Assembly (NCBI RefSeq): GCF_020073745.1
Contig: NZ_JAIRAU010000047.1
Span: forward strand, 221,990 to 285,989
DNA from: Nannocystis pusilla
Lineage (GTDB): Bacteria > Myxococcota_A > Polyangia > Nannocystales > Nannocystaceae
Length of the DNA stretch: 64,000 bases
Direction: 5' to 3'
In this document: piece by piece, positions 25,267 through 34,251 of the stretch
Layout of the letters: every line of letters begins with the position of its first letter
How positions within the stretch are numbered: the stretch's first letter is position 1
Notes under the pieces: generated by a model
Databases searched by the model: none
What the model was told of the DNA's origin: nothing
What the model saw: only the letters and a program-made list of their open reading frames with translations
Position numbers and translations under genes: made by a program

Positions 25267-25544
25267 CACGAAACTCCTTTTGCGCAGCCTGTTGTGCGGC
25301 CGGCGGTGCGCGCGGCGACGCGGCGTCGTCACGGCTGCCGGAAGGCTCGCAAGTTCGCTTAGCACGCGGAGATGCAAGATCTGAAGCCCTGGAGCCGGTC
25401 GCGCCCGCGGCGCGACCTTTGCGCTGACTCACTGCGCTGGCGCATCCGCATGACTTCGGGGAAATAACGTCATGCCCACCCGACCCTCGAGCTTTGCGGT
25501 TGACGATCGCCGCACAGATCGGGTACGAGCGTGGCCCCTTCTTC

Positions 25545-25620
<76 letters not shown>

Positions 25621-25621
<1 letters not shown>

Positions 25622-25656
25622 GCCCGCCCCGTCAGGGAGCGGGCTTTTCTCTTTTC
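25621..25656 (+). terminator. Rho-independent terminator after the tRNA
   Basis: agcccgc-cccgtcaggga-gcgggct followed by ttttctctttt. Confidence 0.55.
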
Positions 25657-25689
25657 GCGGGCCGACGACGCGTCTCCTCGGGCTGCACT

Positions 25690-25830
25690 TCGGGACAGGT
25701 CGACGCTCCCAGTGCGCCCAGGATCCCCGAGCGACCTGTCGCCTCGGACAGGTTGACGGCGGGATCTCGCCCGTGCGGGAGTCGCTGCCTGCCTGGCGCT
25801 TCGGACAGGTCGGCCTCGGTCGATCGCGCC
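25690..25830. repeat. GACAGGTC-variant motif copies (gggacaggtc, gacctgtcgcctcggacaggttg, ttcggacaggtcgg)
   Basis: Same palindrome family with CAGG/CCTG in place of CATG, between the tRNA and the 3' end of the kinase gene. Confidence 0.6.
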
Positions 25831-25832
25831 GG

Positions 25833-28800
25833 TCAGGCCTTCTTGTCGGTCGGATCGCTGCTCGTCGGCTGGGCGGCGTCGTTCGGCTCCGACGCGGGGC
25901 GCTTCGCGCCCGGGGGGCGCGGCAGCAGGCCGCCCCCGCCCGGTCCGGGGATGTCGAACAGCGCCGACTTGGCCCGGGGGCGTGGACTGGTACCGATCGG
26001 TCCCAGCGGCTCGAAGGTCGGCTTCGGCGCCGGGGCCGGGGCCGGCTCGGCGGCGGCAGCGGGAGGCACCTCCGCAGGAGCCGCCGGGGGCTCGGGCGCC
26101 GGAGCGGTCGCGGCTGCCGGGGTCGTCGCGCTCACCGGCGTGGCAGCAGCGGGCGCCGCGGCCGGCCTGGGACCGCCGGTCGCGGCGGCCGCGGGCGTCG
26201 CCTTGCTGCCTGCTCCCAAGGACATGCCCGAAAGACCAGGTCCGGAGAGACCCCGGGCGGGCTCGGCCGCCTTTGCGGTCGCACCGCCTGGCGTCGCGCT
26301 CGTCGGCGCGGACTTCGTCGCGCCCGGGCCCGCCGCGGTGCTCGTCTTCGCCGGGGTGCTGCCCGGACCTGCTGCGGGCGTCTTCGACGCGCCCGTGCCC
26401 GTGGCTGGCGTCTCCGGCTTCGCCGCGCTCGCCGGTCCGCTCAACGCCGGGCGGTTCAGACCCGGGGCCGGCGTCGCCTTCGCGCCCGTCGCTCCGCTGG
26501 CAGCGGCCGGCCTCCCTGCCGGCTTCGTGCCGGCGGGCGCACCGGGCCCAGCTGTCCCCGGGGACCTGTCCGTCAGGCCAGCGCCCGGAGCCCTCGCCGG
26601 GGCTGTCCCCGCGGCCTTCGCCGGCCCGCTCAGAGACGGAACTCCGACGCCCGCCGCCGTCGTCGGCCCGCTCGCCGAGGGAGGCGCCGAAGCCTGTCCG
26701 ATCCCCGCGCTCGCAGCCTTCGCCGGCCCGCTCGCGGCCTTCGCCGGCCCGCTCGCCGGACGCGCCGAAGCCTGCCCGATCGAACCGCTCGACGCAGCTC
26801 TACTGGGCTCGCTGCGCCCCCGTGCGCTCGCGGCGAGCGGCGCGTCGCCGGCCGCGGGCACCGGCCCCGAGCCGCTGCGCCCGGCCGCGGTCGAGATCGT
26901 CGTGCCCGCGCCGAGCGGCGGACGACCTGCAGCGGGGCTGCTCCAGCGGGGCGCCTCACCCGGCTTGCCTGCCCCGCTCGGCTCGGCCGCGGCGCGCGTC
27001 GGCAGCGAGCCGCCTGGCGGCAAGAACGTGCGTCCTGTCGCCGGCGTGCCCTGTCCCGCGACCGACCCGCCGCGCGGTGCCGCGGGCGAACCACTCCCAG
27101 GCGCGCTCGTGCCCGGTGGGACATGTTCGGAAGTACCTGTCCTACCAGACAGCCCAGGCGTCATCGCCGGTTGCCCGTGCGCCGGCGTCGTCGGCCGCGC
27201 GCCTGGCGTGGCTCCGACAGCAGGCTGCCCCTGCGCCGGCGTGGCAGGCCGCGCTCCCGGACCTGGGAGCCCCACGACCGGCTGCCCCTGCGCCGGCGTC
27301 GCCGGCCGCGCCGGACCCGGCGCACCCACGACAGGCTGCGCCGGCGCGGCGGGTCGCGCGCCCAGACCCGGGAGCCCCACGGCAGGCTGCCCCTGCGCCG
27401 GCGTCGCTGGCCGCGCACCCGGCAGCGGGCCCGAAACGCCCAGGCCCGGCGGCCGGCTGGCCGTGGGGACAGGTCCCGAAAGACCTGTCCCGAGCGGCGG
27501 CCGCGGCGCCGTCGGCACGGGCCCGGACGCGCCACGCGCGAGGCCGGGCGTCGCCGTCCCGAGCCCGGCCCGCGGGGCGGGCCCCGAGATCCCGGGCGGC
27601 AGCGGGGCCGGTCCGACCACCGTCTGCCCCGCCGGTCGCGCCGCCACCGGGAGCGGCCCCGACGCGGGGGGCGGCGGTCCGGGCCGCATGACCCCCGGGA
27701 CAGGCCCCAAGGGACCTGCACCGTGCGACATGTCCGTTCCGACATGTCCGGACGTACCTGCCGCTTGCGCCGCCCGCACGCTCTCCGGCACCGGCAGCTC
27801 GGCGGGCATCGTCATCTGGACGGTGTCCTCGTTGGGGTCGGGTTCGCCGTCCGCGAGCTCGTCGACCTCGGCCTCGTCGAATTCCTCGACCTCCTCCGCG
27901 TACCCGCCCTCGTCGGCCTCGGCCTCGTCGCCCTCACCGGCCTCCATGCCCTCGCCGGGATACGACCCGCTCTCGGCCAGCGGCTCCTCGTCCTCGGCCG
28001 CGGCCGCCGCGATCGTCTCCGCGGCGGCGGCGTCCTGATCGATCTCCGGCTCCTCGGGCTCGCTCACCGGCGCCGGCTCCGGCGCGGGCGCAGGCGCGGG
28101 CGCGGACGCAGCGACAGCCGCGGCGCGCAGGCGCTCCCACTCGAGCTCCTCGGCGATCTCCTCCTCGGACTTCACCGGCTCGGCGGCCTTGACCGGCTTC
28201 GACTCCGGCCGGTCTGCGGGCCGCTCGGGGATCCCGAGCGAGGCGCGGCGCTCCTCGAGGATCTTGCGCAGCTCGGCCCGCCCCTCGCGGGTCAGCAGCG
28301 TGCGCGAGCGCCCCTTGGACGACTCGCTGACGCTCGCGCTCGGTCCGCTGCCGGCCGCCAGCGCCTTGTTGCGCAGCGTCTCGTCGACGTTGATCTCGAA
28401 CTCCTCCCCGCCTGTCCCATCGGCCAGGTTCGCGAACGGCCCGCTCACGCGCGGCGGCGGCTTCGGGGCCGGGGGCGGCGGCGCCGGCAGGCTGCGCGGG
28501 CGGAACGAGCCGGCCATGGGGTCGGTCTTGGGCCGCGGGCCGCTCGTCGTCGGCGCCGCGGCCGGCCGCAGCGGCGACGCGCTCGGCTCCTCCCAGTCGT
28601 CCTGCTCGCTCAGCTGGTTGAGGACATCCTGGACCACCACGCGCATCACGTTGGCGCTCGGCCAGCGGGCCACCGGCTCGAACGCCAGCGCGCGGTCGAC
28701 CAGCTCGATGAGCGGCCTGGGCAAGTCGGGTCGCAGCGTCGCCAGCGAGCGCGCCGGCGTGCGGGCCACCGCCAGCAGGCGCTCGATCACCGGGCCCACC

Positions 28801-29492
28801 GCCGGGAAGACCGTCTCGCCCGACAGCGCGCGGAAGATCGTCGCCGCGATCGACCACAGGTCGCTGCGCGCGTCGAGGTTCTCGTTGTCGGCGCGGGCCT
28901 GCTCGGGCGCGATGTACGAGACCGTCCCGAACACGATGCCGTCGCTCTGGTCGAGCGCCTCGGCCGACAGCTCGCGCACGCGGGCGAGCCCGAAGTCCAG
29001 CAGCTTCACGCTGCCGTCGCGGCACAGGAAGATGTTGGCCGGCTTGATGTCGCGGTGGAGGATGCCCTTCGAGTGGGCGGCCGCGAGCACCTCGAGCAGC
29101 GCGTCCGTCATCTCCAGCACCGCCATCGGCGGCAGCTGGCCGAGCCGCTCCAGGCGCGCCTCGAGCGACTCGCCGTCGAGCAGCTCCATCACCAGGTACA
29201 CGTCGCCCTCTTCGGTGATGTCGTCGTCGAGGACGTGGACCGCGTTGCGGTGGCCGACGCTGTTGGCGGCGTAGCCCTCGCGCAGGAAGCGGCGGCGCGC
29301 CTGCTCGTTGCGCAGGAAGAGCGTGTGCAGCACCTTGAGCGCCGCGCGGTTGCCGTTGCGATGCGTCGCCGCGTACACCGACGCCATGCCGCCGATGGCG
29401 ATCAGGCCGTCGAGGTGCCACTTGTTGCGCAGCCACCGGCCCACGCGTCCCTGGGCCTCCGACAAGAACCTCGTGCTGCTGCCCCCGACCAA
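25833..29492 (-). CDS. Serine/threonine protein kinase (1219 aa) with ~900-aa Pro/Ala/Gly/Thr/Lys-rich low-complexity tail containing 19-aa repeats
   Basis: TTG start; N-terminal Hanks domain (GGMASVYAA, HRDIKPANIF, DFGLAR, APE). The tail has GARPATPAQGQPAVGLPGP x4 and many Lys, so it is really coding. Several motif arrays lie in-frame in the tail (27690-27765 encodes GHVGTDMSHGAG). Confidence 0.8.
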   Translation of the reverse strand: MVGGSSTRFLSEAQGRVGRWLRNKWHLDGLIAIGGMASVYAATHRNGNRAALKVLHTLFLRNEQARRRFLREGYAANSVGHRNAVHVLDDDITEEGDVYLVMELLDGESLEARLERLGQLPPMAVLEMTDALLEVLAAAHSKGILHRDIKPANIFLCRDGSVKLLDFGLARVRELSAEALDQSDGIVFGTVSYIAPEQARADNENLDARSDLWSIAATIFRALSGETVFPAVGPVIERLLAVARTPARSLATLRPDLPRPLIELVDRALAFEPVARWPSANVMRVVVQDVLNQLSEQDDWEEPSASPLRPAAAPTTSGPRPKTDPMAGSFRPRSLPAPPPPAPKPPPRVSGPFANLADGTGGEEFEINVDETLRNKALAAGSGPSASVSESSKGRSRTLLTREGRAELRKILEERRASLGIPERPADRPESKPVKAAEPVKSEEEIAEELEWERLRAAAVAASAPAPAPAPEPAPVSEPEEPEIDQDAAAAETIAAAAAEDEEPLAESGSYPGEGMEAGEGDEAEADEGGYAEEVEEFDEAEVDELADGEPDPNEDTVQMTMPAELPVPESVRAAQAAGTSGHVGTDMSHGAGPLGPVPGVMRPGPPPPASGPLPVAARPAGQTVVGPAPLPPGISGPAPRAGLGTATPGLARGASGPVPTAPRPPLGTGLSGPVPTASRPPGLGVSGPLPGARPATPAQGQPAVGLPGLGARPAAPAQPVVGAPGPARPATPAQGQPVVGLPGPGARPATPAQGQPAVGATPGARPTTPAHGQPAMTPGLSGRTGTSEHVPPGTSAPGSGSPAAPRGGSVAGQGTPATGRTFLPPGGSLPTRAAAEPSGAGKPGEAPRWSSPAAGRPPLGAGTTISTAAGRSGSGPVPAAGDAPLAASARGRSEPSRAASSGSIGQASARPASGPAKAASGPAKAASAGIGQASAPPSASGPTTAAGVGVPSLSGPAKAAGTAPARAPGAGLTDRSPGTAGPGAPAGTKPAGRPAAASGATGAKATPAPGLNRPALSGPASAAKPETPATGTGASKTPAAGPGSTPAKTSTAAGPGATKSAPTSATPGGATAKAAEPARGLSGPGLSGMSLGAGSKATPAAAATGGPRPAAAPAAATPVSATTPAAATAPAPEPPAAPAEVPPAAAAEPAPAPAPKPTFEPLGPIGTSPRPRAKSALFDIPGPGGGGLLPRPPGAKRPASEPNDAAQPTSSDPTDKKA

Positions 29493-29786
29493 GCGCGCTC
29501 AGGATCACGACTGAGGGTGTAGGGTGTCAAGCATGCTGGGGGGCACGCGCCGCAGTCCGTGCGCCGCGCTGCGAGCCGCGTTCGCCGCCGCCGCCAGCGG
29601 CCTCATGCGCAAGGGAACGCCGCTCGACCGGCGTGCCGGGCGGTTCCGCCCGAAACCGCGGCGAGCGAGGCGAACATCGCCGTTCCAACATGTCCAGCGC
29701 GCCACCCGAACAGCGGCATCGCGGTCACGCGCGCGCTTTCGTCGGTTTTTTGGTCGACCTCGACGACCGGTCTACGCTCTCGAACC

Positions 29787-30740
29787 GTGGAACTCGCCAC
29801 CGCGCAGCGCCCCACCCTCTCCGACCTCGGCGACCACTTGCCGGGCGGCGAGGTCATCGAGCTGCCGGTCGAGATCGACAGCCCGCTCGAGCACCTCGAG
29901 CGCTACACCGTCCTGCGCCTGATCGGCGCCGGCGGGATGGGCAAGATCTACCAGGCCTACGACAGCCTGCTCGAGCGGAACGTCGCGCTCAAGGTCATGC
30001 ACACCGACGTGCCGGCGCGCGAGCAGCGACGCTTCCGCCGCGAGGCCATCCTCGGCGCGCGCCTCCTCCACCCCTGCCTGGTGCGCGTCTACGACATGGG
30101 CGTCGACGGGCGCGGCCAGACCGAGTGGATGGCGATGGAGTACCTGCCCGGCACCGACATGCTGCGCCTGCTCGACGCCACGCGCGCGCGCGGCCGGACG
30201 GTCCCCTGGCCGGCGCTCGTGCGCGGCCTGTCGCAGGTGCTGATGGCCCTGCAGTACCTCCACGACTGCCGGATCGTCCACTGCGATGTGAAGCCGGCCA
30301 ATATGTTCGTGACCCGCGATCCGAACACGCGCTTCTTGACCACCAAGCTGCTCGACCTCGGCATCGCCTACGACCTCGACGGCCCGCGGCCCGGCCCCAC
30401 CGACCCGCTCTGTGGCGACCCCAACTACATCGCCCCCGAGCAGACCGTGCACGGCGGCGTCATCGATCCGCGGACCGACGTCTACGCCGTCGGCGTCAGC
30501 CTCTACGAGCTGGCCACCGGCGTGCTCCCGTTCGAGGAGCTGACGAGCGCGCCGCTGCACGAGCTGCTGATCGCCCAGCGCGACCTGACGCCGCCGCCGC
30601 CGAGCTCGCGCCTGCCGGCCGGCACGCCGCCTGAACTTGCGGACAGGCTCGACTGGATCTTCAGCCGCGCTTGCGCCAAGGACCCCGCGCGTCGCTACCC
30701 GAGCGCGCGGGCGATGCAGGCCGCGCTGAACGCCGAGTGA
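29787..30740 (+). CDS. Serine/threonine protein kinase (small, cytoplasmic)
   Basis: GAGGMGKIYQA, VALK, HCDVKPANMF, DLGIA, PNYIAPE. GTG start at 29787 is preferred over the long R-rich N-terminus. Confidence 0.8.
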   Translation: MELATAQRPTLSDLGDHLPGGEVIELPVEIDSPLEHLERYTVLRLIGAGGMGKIYQAYDSLLERNVALKVMHTDVPAREQRRFRREAILGARLLHPCLVRVYDMGVDGRGQTEWMAMEYLPGTDMLRLLDATRARGRTVPWPALVRGLSQVLMALQYLHDCRIVHCDVKPANMFVTRDPNTRFLTTKLLDLGIAYDLDGPRPGPTDPLCGDPNYIAPEQTVHGGVIDPRTDVYAVGVSLYELATGVLPFEELTSAPLHELLIAQRDLTPPPPSSRLPAGTPPELADRLDWIFSRACAKDPARRYPSARAMQAALNAE

Positions 30741-30872
30741 CCGCGCGTCCTCGCGTCGACGTGTAAGGCCGTGTCGCCCCCGTGCGCGGCCTTCCGACCC
30801 CGAACGGGGACCCGGTGCGGCCTGGGAGCCTCGCTTGCCGACGCCGATCGCCGATGCGTATGATCGCGCAGA

Positions 30873-32828
30873 GTGCTGAAGACCGTACGGGTGCCGCCGG
30901 AGCTCGAGCCGCTGTTCGAGCAGGCGCAAGAGGACGTCGGACGCTTCTTCGCGGAGCGTCGTGACGTCCCCGACAAGGCCACCATCGAGGTCTTCGGCCA
31001 GCGCTACATGCTGGTGCGGGCGCGGGCCATGTCGGTCGAGTTCTTCGAGATGGTCCAGCGGCTGTACCGCGACAAGGGCCAGGACGAGGCCCTGGGGGTC
31101 GCCCGTAGCCTGTTGTTCGACATCGCTCACGCCATGGGTCTGGCCGACGCCAACGACCTCGCCGATCGCATGCAGTTGCAAGATCCGATCGCGCGGCTGT
31201 CGGCCGGTCCGATCCACTTCTCGCACTCGGGTTGGGCCTTCGTCGACATCTCGCCCGAGAGTCGGCCCGTGCCCAACGAGAGCTTCTACCTCATCTACGA
31301 TCACCCCTACTCGTTCGAGTCGGACTCGTGGATCGACGCCGGCAAGCGCACCGACTTCCCGGTGTGCGTGATGAACGCGGGCTACTCGTCGGGCTGGTGC
31401 GAAGCCAGCTTCGGGGTCCCGCTGGTCGCCTCGGAGATCCTCTGCCGGGCCAAGGGTGACGAGCACTGTCGCTTCATCATGGCCCACCCCTCGCGCATCG
31501 AGGGCTACATCCACGACTACTTGCACGGCCGGCCGCACCTCGCCGGCCACGTCACGCGCTACGAGATCCCGGGCTTCTTCTCGCGCAAGCAGCAGGAGGA
31601 CGAGCTGCGCAGCCGCGAGGAGCAGTACCGCGGGATCTTCGAGGCCGGCACCAACGCGCTGCTCATCCTCGACGACCACACCGGCGTGGTCGTCGAGGCC
31701 AACCCGGCCGCCTCGCAGCTGTTCCGCTGCTCGCGCGCCGACCTCGGCCGGTGCCGCTTCGCCGAGCTGCTCGAGGCCTCCGGCGGCGCCGACCTGTTCG
31801 CCCGCATGCGCGCCGCCGTCCACGAGCTCGGCTACTTCCTGTCCGAGGGCATCGCCACCGCCCGCGACGGCGAGACCTTCGTCGTCGAGCTGCGGGGCGC
31901 CCGCTTCCGCCTGCAGAACCGCGACCACCTGCTCGCCGTGCTCACCGACATCACCGAGCAGAAGCGGGCCCAGCTGGCCCTGCGCAAGGCTCACGACGAG
32001 CTCGAGCAGCGGGTCCGCGAGCGCACCGCCGAGCTCGAGCGGCTGAACCAGCAGCTGCACCTCCTCAACGGCCAGCTGGTCTCGGCCCGCGACTCGGCGA
32101 TCGACGCCAGCAAGGCCAAGAGCGCCTTCCTGGCCAACATGAGCCACGAGCTGCGGACCCCGCTCAACGCCATCATCGGCTACAGCGAGCTGCTCGAGGA
32201 CGAGAGCGTCGAGGACGGCCGGCGGCTCGACCTCGGCGACCTCGGCAAGATCCGCGGCGCCGCCCGCCACCTCCTCGACCTCATCAACGACATCCTCGAC
32301 GTCTCCAAGATCGAGGCCGGCAAGATGGAGCTGTTCGTCGAGGACTTCGCGGTCGACGAGCTCGTCCAGGAGGTCGTCGCCACCATCGAGCCGCTCGCCC
32401 ACAAGAACGCCAACCGGCTCGACATCGTCGCCCGCCCCGGCCTCGGCCTCGTCAGCCTCGACCGCACCAAGGTCAAGCAGATCGCCATCAACCTGCTCAG
32501 CAACGCCTGCAAGTTCACCCACCGCGGCGTCGTCGGCCTCCGCGTCTCCCGCGAGCTCGGCGCGCACGGCGAACAGCTCGTCATCGCCGTCCAGGACACC
32601 GGCATCGGCATCGACCCCGCGCGCCTCGAGGAGCTGTTCCAGCCGTTCCGCCAGGCCGACGAGTCGACCACCCGCAAGTACGGCGGCACCGGCCTCGGCC
32701 TGTCGATCAGCCGCCACTACGCCGAGATGATGCACGGCCGCATCGAGGCCCGCAGCTCGCCCGGCCTGGGCTCGACCTTCACCGTCACCCTGCCGATCGC
32801 GCTGTCCCGCGTCGAAGCCGCCGAATGA
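30873..32828 (+). CDS. Sensor histidine kinase with N-terminal V4R-type ligand domain and PAS domain (cytoplasmic)
   Basis: V4R-like Cys pattern (GWCEASFG...CRAKGDEHCRF); PAS; H-box SHELRTPLNAI; HATPase N/G boxes (GGTGLGLSI); no TM segments; no response regulator adjacent. Confidence 0.85.
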   Translation: MLKTVRVPPELEPLFEQAQEDVGRFFAERRDVPDKATIEVFGQRYMLVRARAMSVEFFEMVQRLYRDKGQDEALGVARSLLFDIAHAMGLADANDLADRMQLQDPIARLSAGPIHFSHSGWAFVDISPESRPVPNESFYLIYDHPYSFESDSWIDAGKRTDFPVCVMNAGYSSGWCEASFGVPLVASEILCRAKGDEHCRFIMAHPSRIEGYIHDYLHGRPHLAGHVTRYEIPGFFSRKQQEDELRSREEQYRGIFEAGTNALLILDDHTGVVVEANPAASQLFRCSRADLGRCRFAELLEASGGADLFARMRAAVHELGYFLSEGIATARDGETFVVELRGARFRLQNRDHLLAVLTDITEQKRAQLALRKAHDELEQRVRERTAELERLNQQLHLLNGQLVSARDSAIDASKAKSAFLANMSHELRTPLNAIIGYSELLEDESVEDGRRLDLGDLGKIRGAARHLLDLINDILDVSKIEAGKMELFVEDFAVDELVQEVVATIEPLAHKNANRLDIVARPGLGLVSLDRTKVKQIAINLLSNACKFTHRGVVGLRVSRELGAHGEQLVIAVQDTGIGIDPARLEELFQPFRQADESTTRKYGGTGLGLSISRHYAEMMHGRIEARSSPGLGSTFTVTLPIALSRVEAAE

Positions 32829-32829
32829 A

Positions 32830-32905
32830 CCGACATGCGCCGAAGGGCATGCCCCTTCGAGCATGCACATCGGGACATGCCCTCGCGGACATGTCCGAAG
32901 CGACA
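32830..32905. repeat. GGACATGTCC-type motif array; convergent intergenic
   Basis: cgacatgcgccgaagggcatgccccttcgagcatgcacatcgggacatgccctcgcggacatgtccgaag. Confidence 0.8.
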
Positions 32906-32913
32906 CCTCGGCC

Positions 32914-33852
32914 TCAGCCGATCAGCCGGCCCGAGCGGTAGTCGGCGAACGCCTGGCGCAGCTCGTCCTCCGTGTTCATGACGAACGGCCCGCGGCGGGC
33001 CACCGGCTCGCGCAGCGGCCGGCCGGCGAGCAGCAGGAGGCGCGCCCCGGCGTCGCTGGACAGCGCCAGCGTGTTGCCCTGGCCGAGCACGCCGACCTGT
33101 CCCTTGAGCAATTCGCGGCCCTCGCCGCCGAACCGGGCCGCGCCCTCGAGCACGTACGCGAACGCGGCCAGGTCGCAGGCGATCGGCTGGCGCAGCGCGG
33201 CTCCGGGCTCGAGCGTCACGTCCATCAGCAGCGGCCGCACCGTCACCCCGTCGACCGGCCCGCGCTGCCCGGCCAGCTCGCCGGCGACCAGCCGCACCTG
33301 CGCGTCGTCGACCGTCAGCGTCGGGATCGTCTCCGGCCCCAGCTCCTGGTAGCGGGGCTTCGTCATCTTCTCCGCCGCCGGCAGGTTGACCCACAGCTGG
33401 AAGGCCCACAGCTTGCCGCCGTCCTGCTGGCGCGGCATCTCCTCGTGCACGATCCCGCGGCCGGCCGTCATCCACTGCGTCGCCCCGGCGCCGATCCGCC
33501 CGTGGTTGCCGACGCTGTCGCGGTGCTCGAACGCCCCCGCGAGCACGTACGACACGGTCTCGAACCCGCGGTGCGGATGCTCCGGAAACCCCGCCAGGTA
33601 CTCGTCGGGCCGCTCGCTGCGGATCTCGTCGAGCAGCAGGAACGGGTCGAGGTCCGGCAGGCCGCGGTGACCGAGGGCGCGCCGGATCGTCACGCCTGCC
33701 CCGTCGCGCGACGGCTGGAACGGATGCACCGCCGTCACCTCTCGCGGCTTCGCGCTCTTCTTCACCACCGGTGTCGTGATCGACGGCGGCGTGCAACCAG
33801 CGAAGATCAGAGCGGGAGCGGCCTTCAAGAGCGCGCGACGCGTCGGTGACAC
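32914..33852 (-). CDS. Pirin family (cupin) protein with Tat/lipoprotein-type signal
   Basis: Pirin N-terminal motif HPHRGFETVSYVLAG...; RRALLK twin-arginine + AGC lipobox. Confidence 0.85.
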   Translation of the reverse strand: MSPTRRALLKAAPALIFAGCTPPSITTPVVKKSAKPREVTAVHPFQPSRDGAGVTIRRALGHRGLPDLDPFLLLDEIRSERPDEYLAGFPEHPHRGFETVSYVLAGAFEHRDSVGNHGRIGAGATQWMTAGRGIVHEEMPRQQDGGKLWAFQLWVNLPAAEKMTKPRYQELGPETIPTLTVDDAQVRLVAGELAGQRGPVDGVTVRPLLMDVTLEPGAALRQPIACDLAAFAYVLEGAARFGGEGRELLKGQVGVLGQGNTLALSSDAGARLLLLAGRPLREPVARRGPFVMNTEDELRQAFADYRSGRLIG

Positions 33853-34251
33853 GTCCTGACGCTAGTCCCGCGCGCACACCGTTTCAACCTCCTGGCGATG
33901 GGCCTCATGTCACGCGTCGGCGGCCTGACCGATCGGTCATGTGTCCGCCGCGGCCTGCCCGCCGACCGCCGCGAGCAGCGCCCTGGAACCAGCCGACGCG
34001 GCCGCGAGCCGGCGCAAACACAGGACTCGAGTGTGACAGCAAGACACGAGCCAGCCGCACATCTCCTGCAACTTTCACTCCTCCGCGCCACCGGCCCGAT
34101 CCTGCTGGCGCCGCGACACGCAGCCGACGACCCGGGCCCGACCCGAGCTCATCGGCGGGCGCCGGGTGCATTCGTGGCGCCGGCCCGCCGGACATCGGCC
34201 GGCGGACGCGGCGTGCGCGACGAGCCGATCACTTCCTCGCGCCCGCCGCGG

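Noticed and set aside
25500-25528. TTGACG ... GTACGA as a sigma-70 promoter for the tRNA
   Set aside because: The -10 match is poor; kept only as a weak possibility, not reported as a feature.
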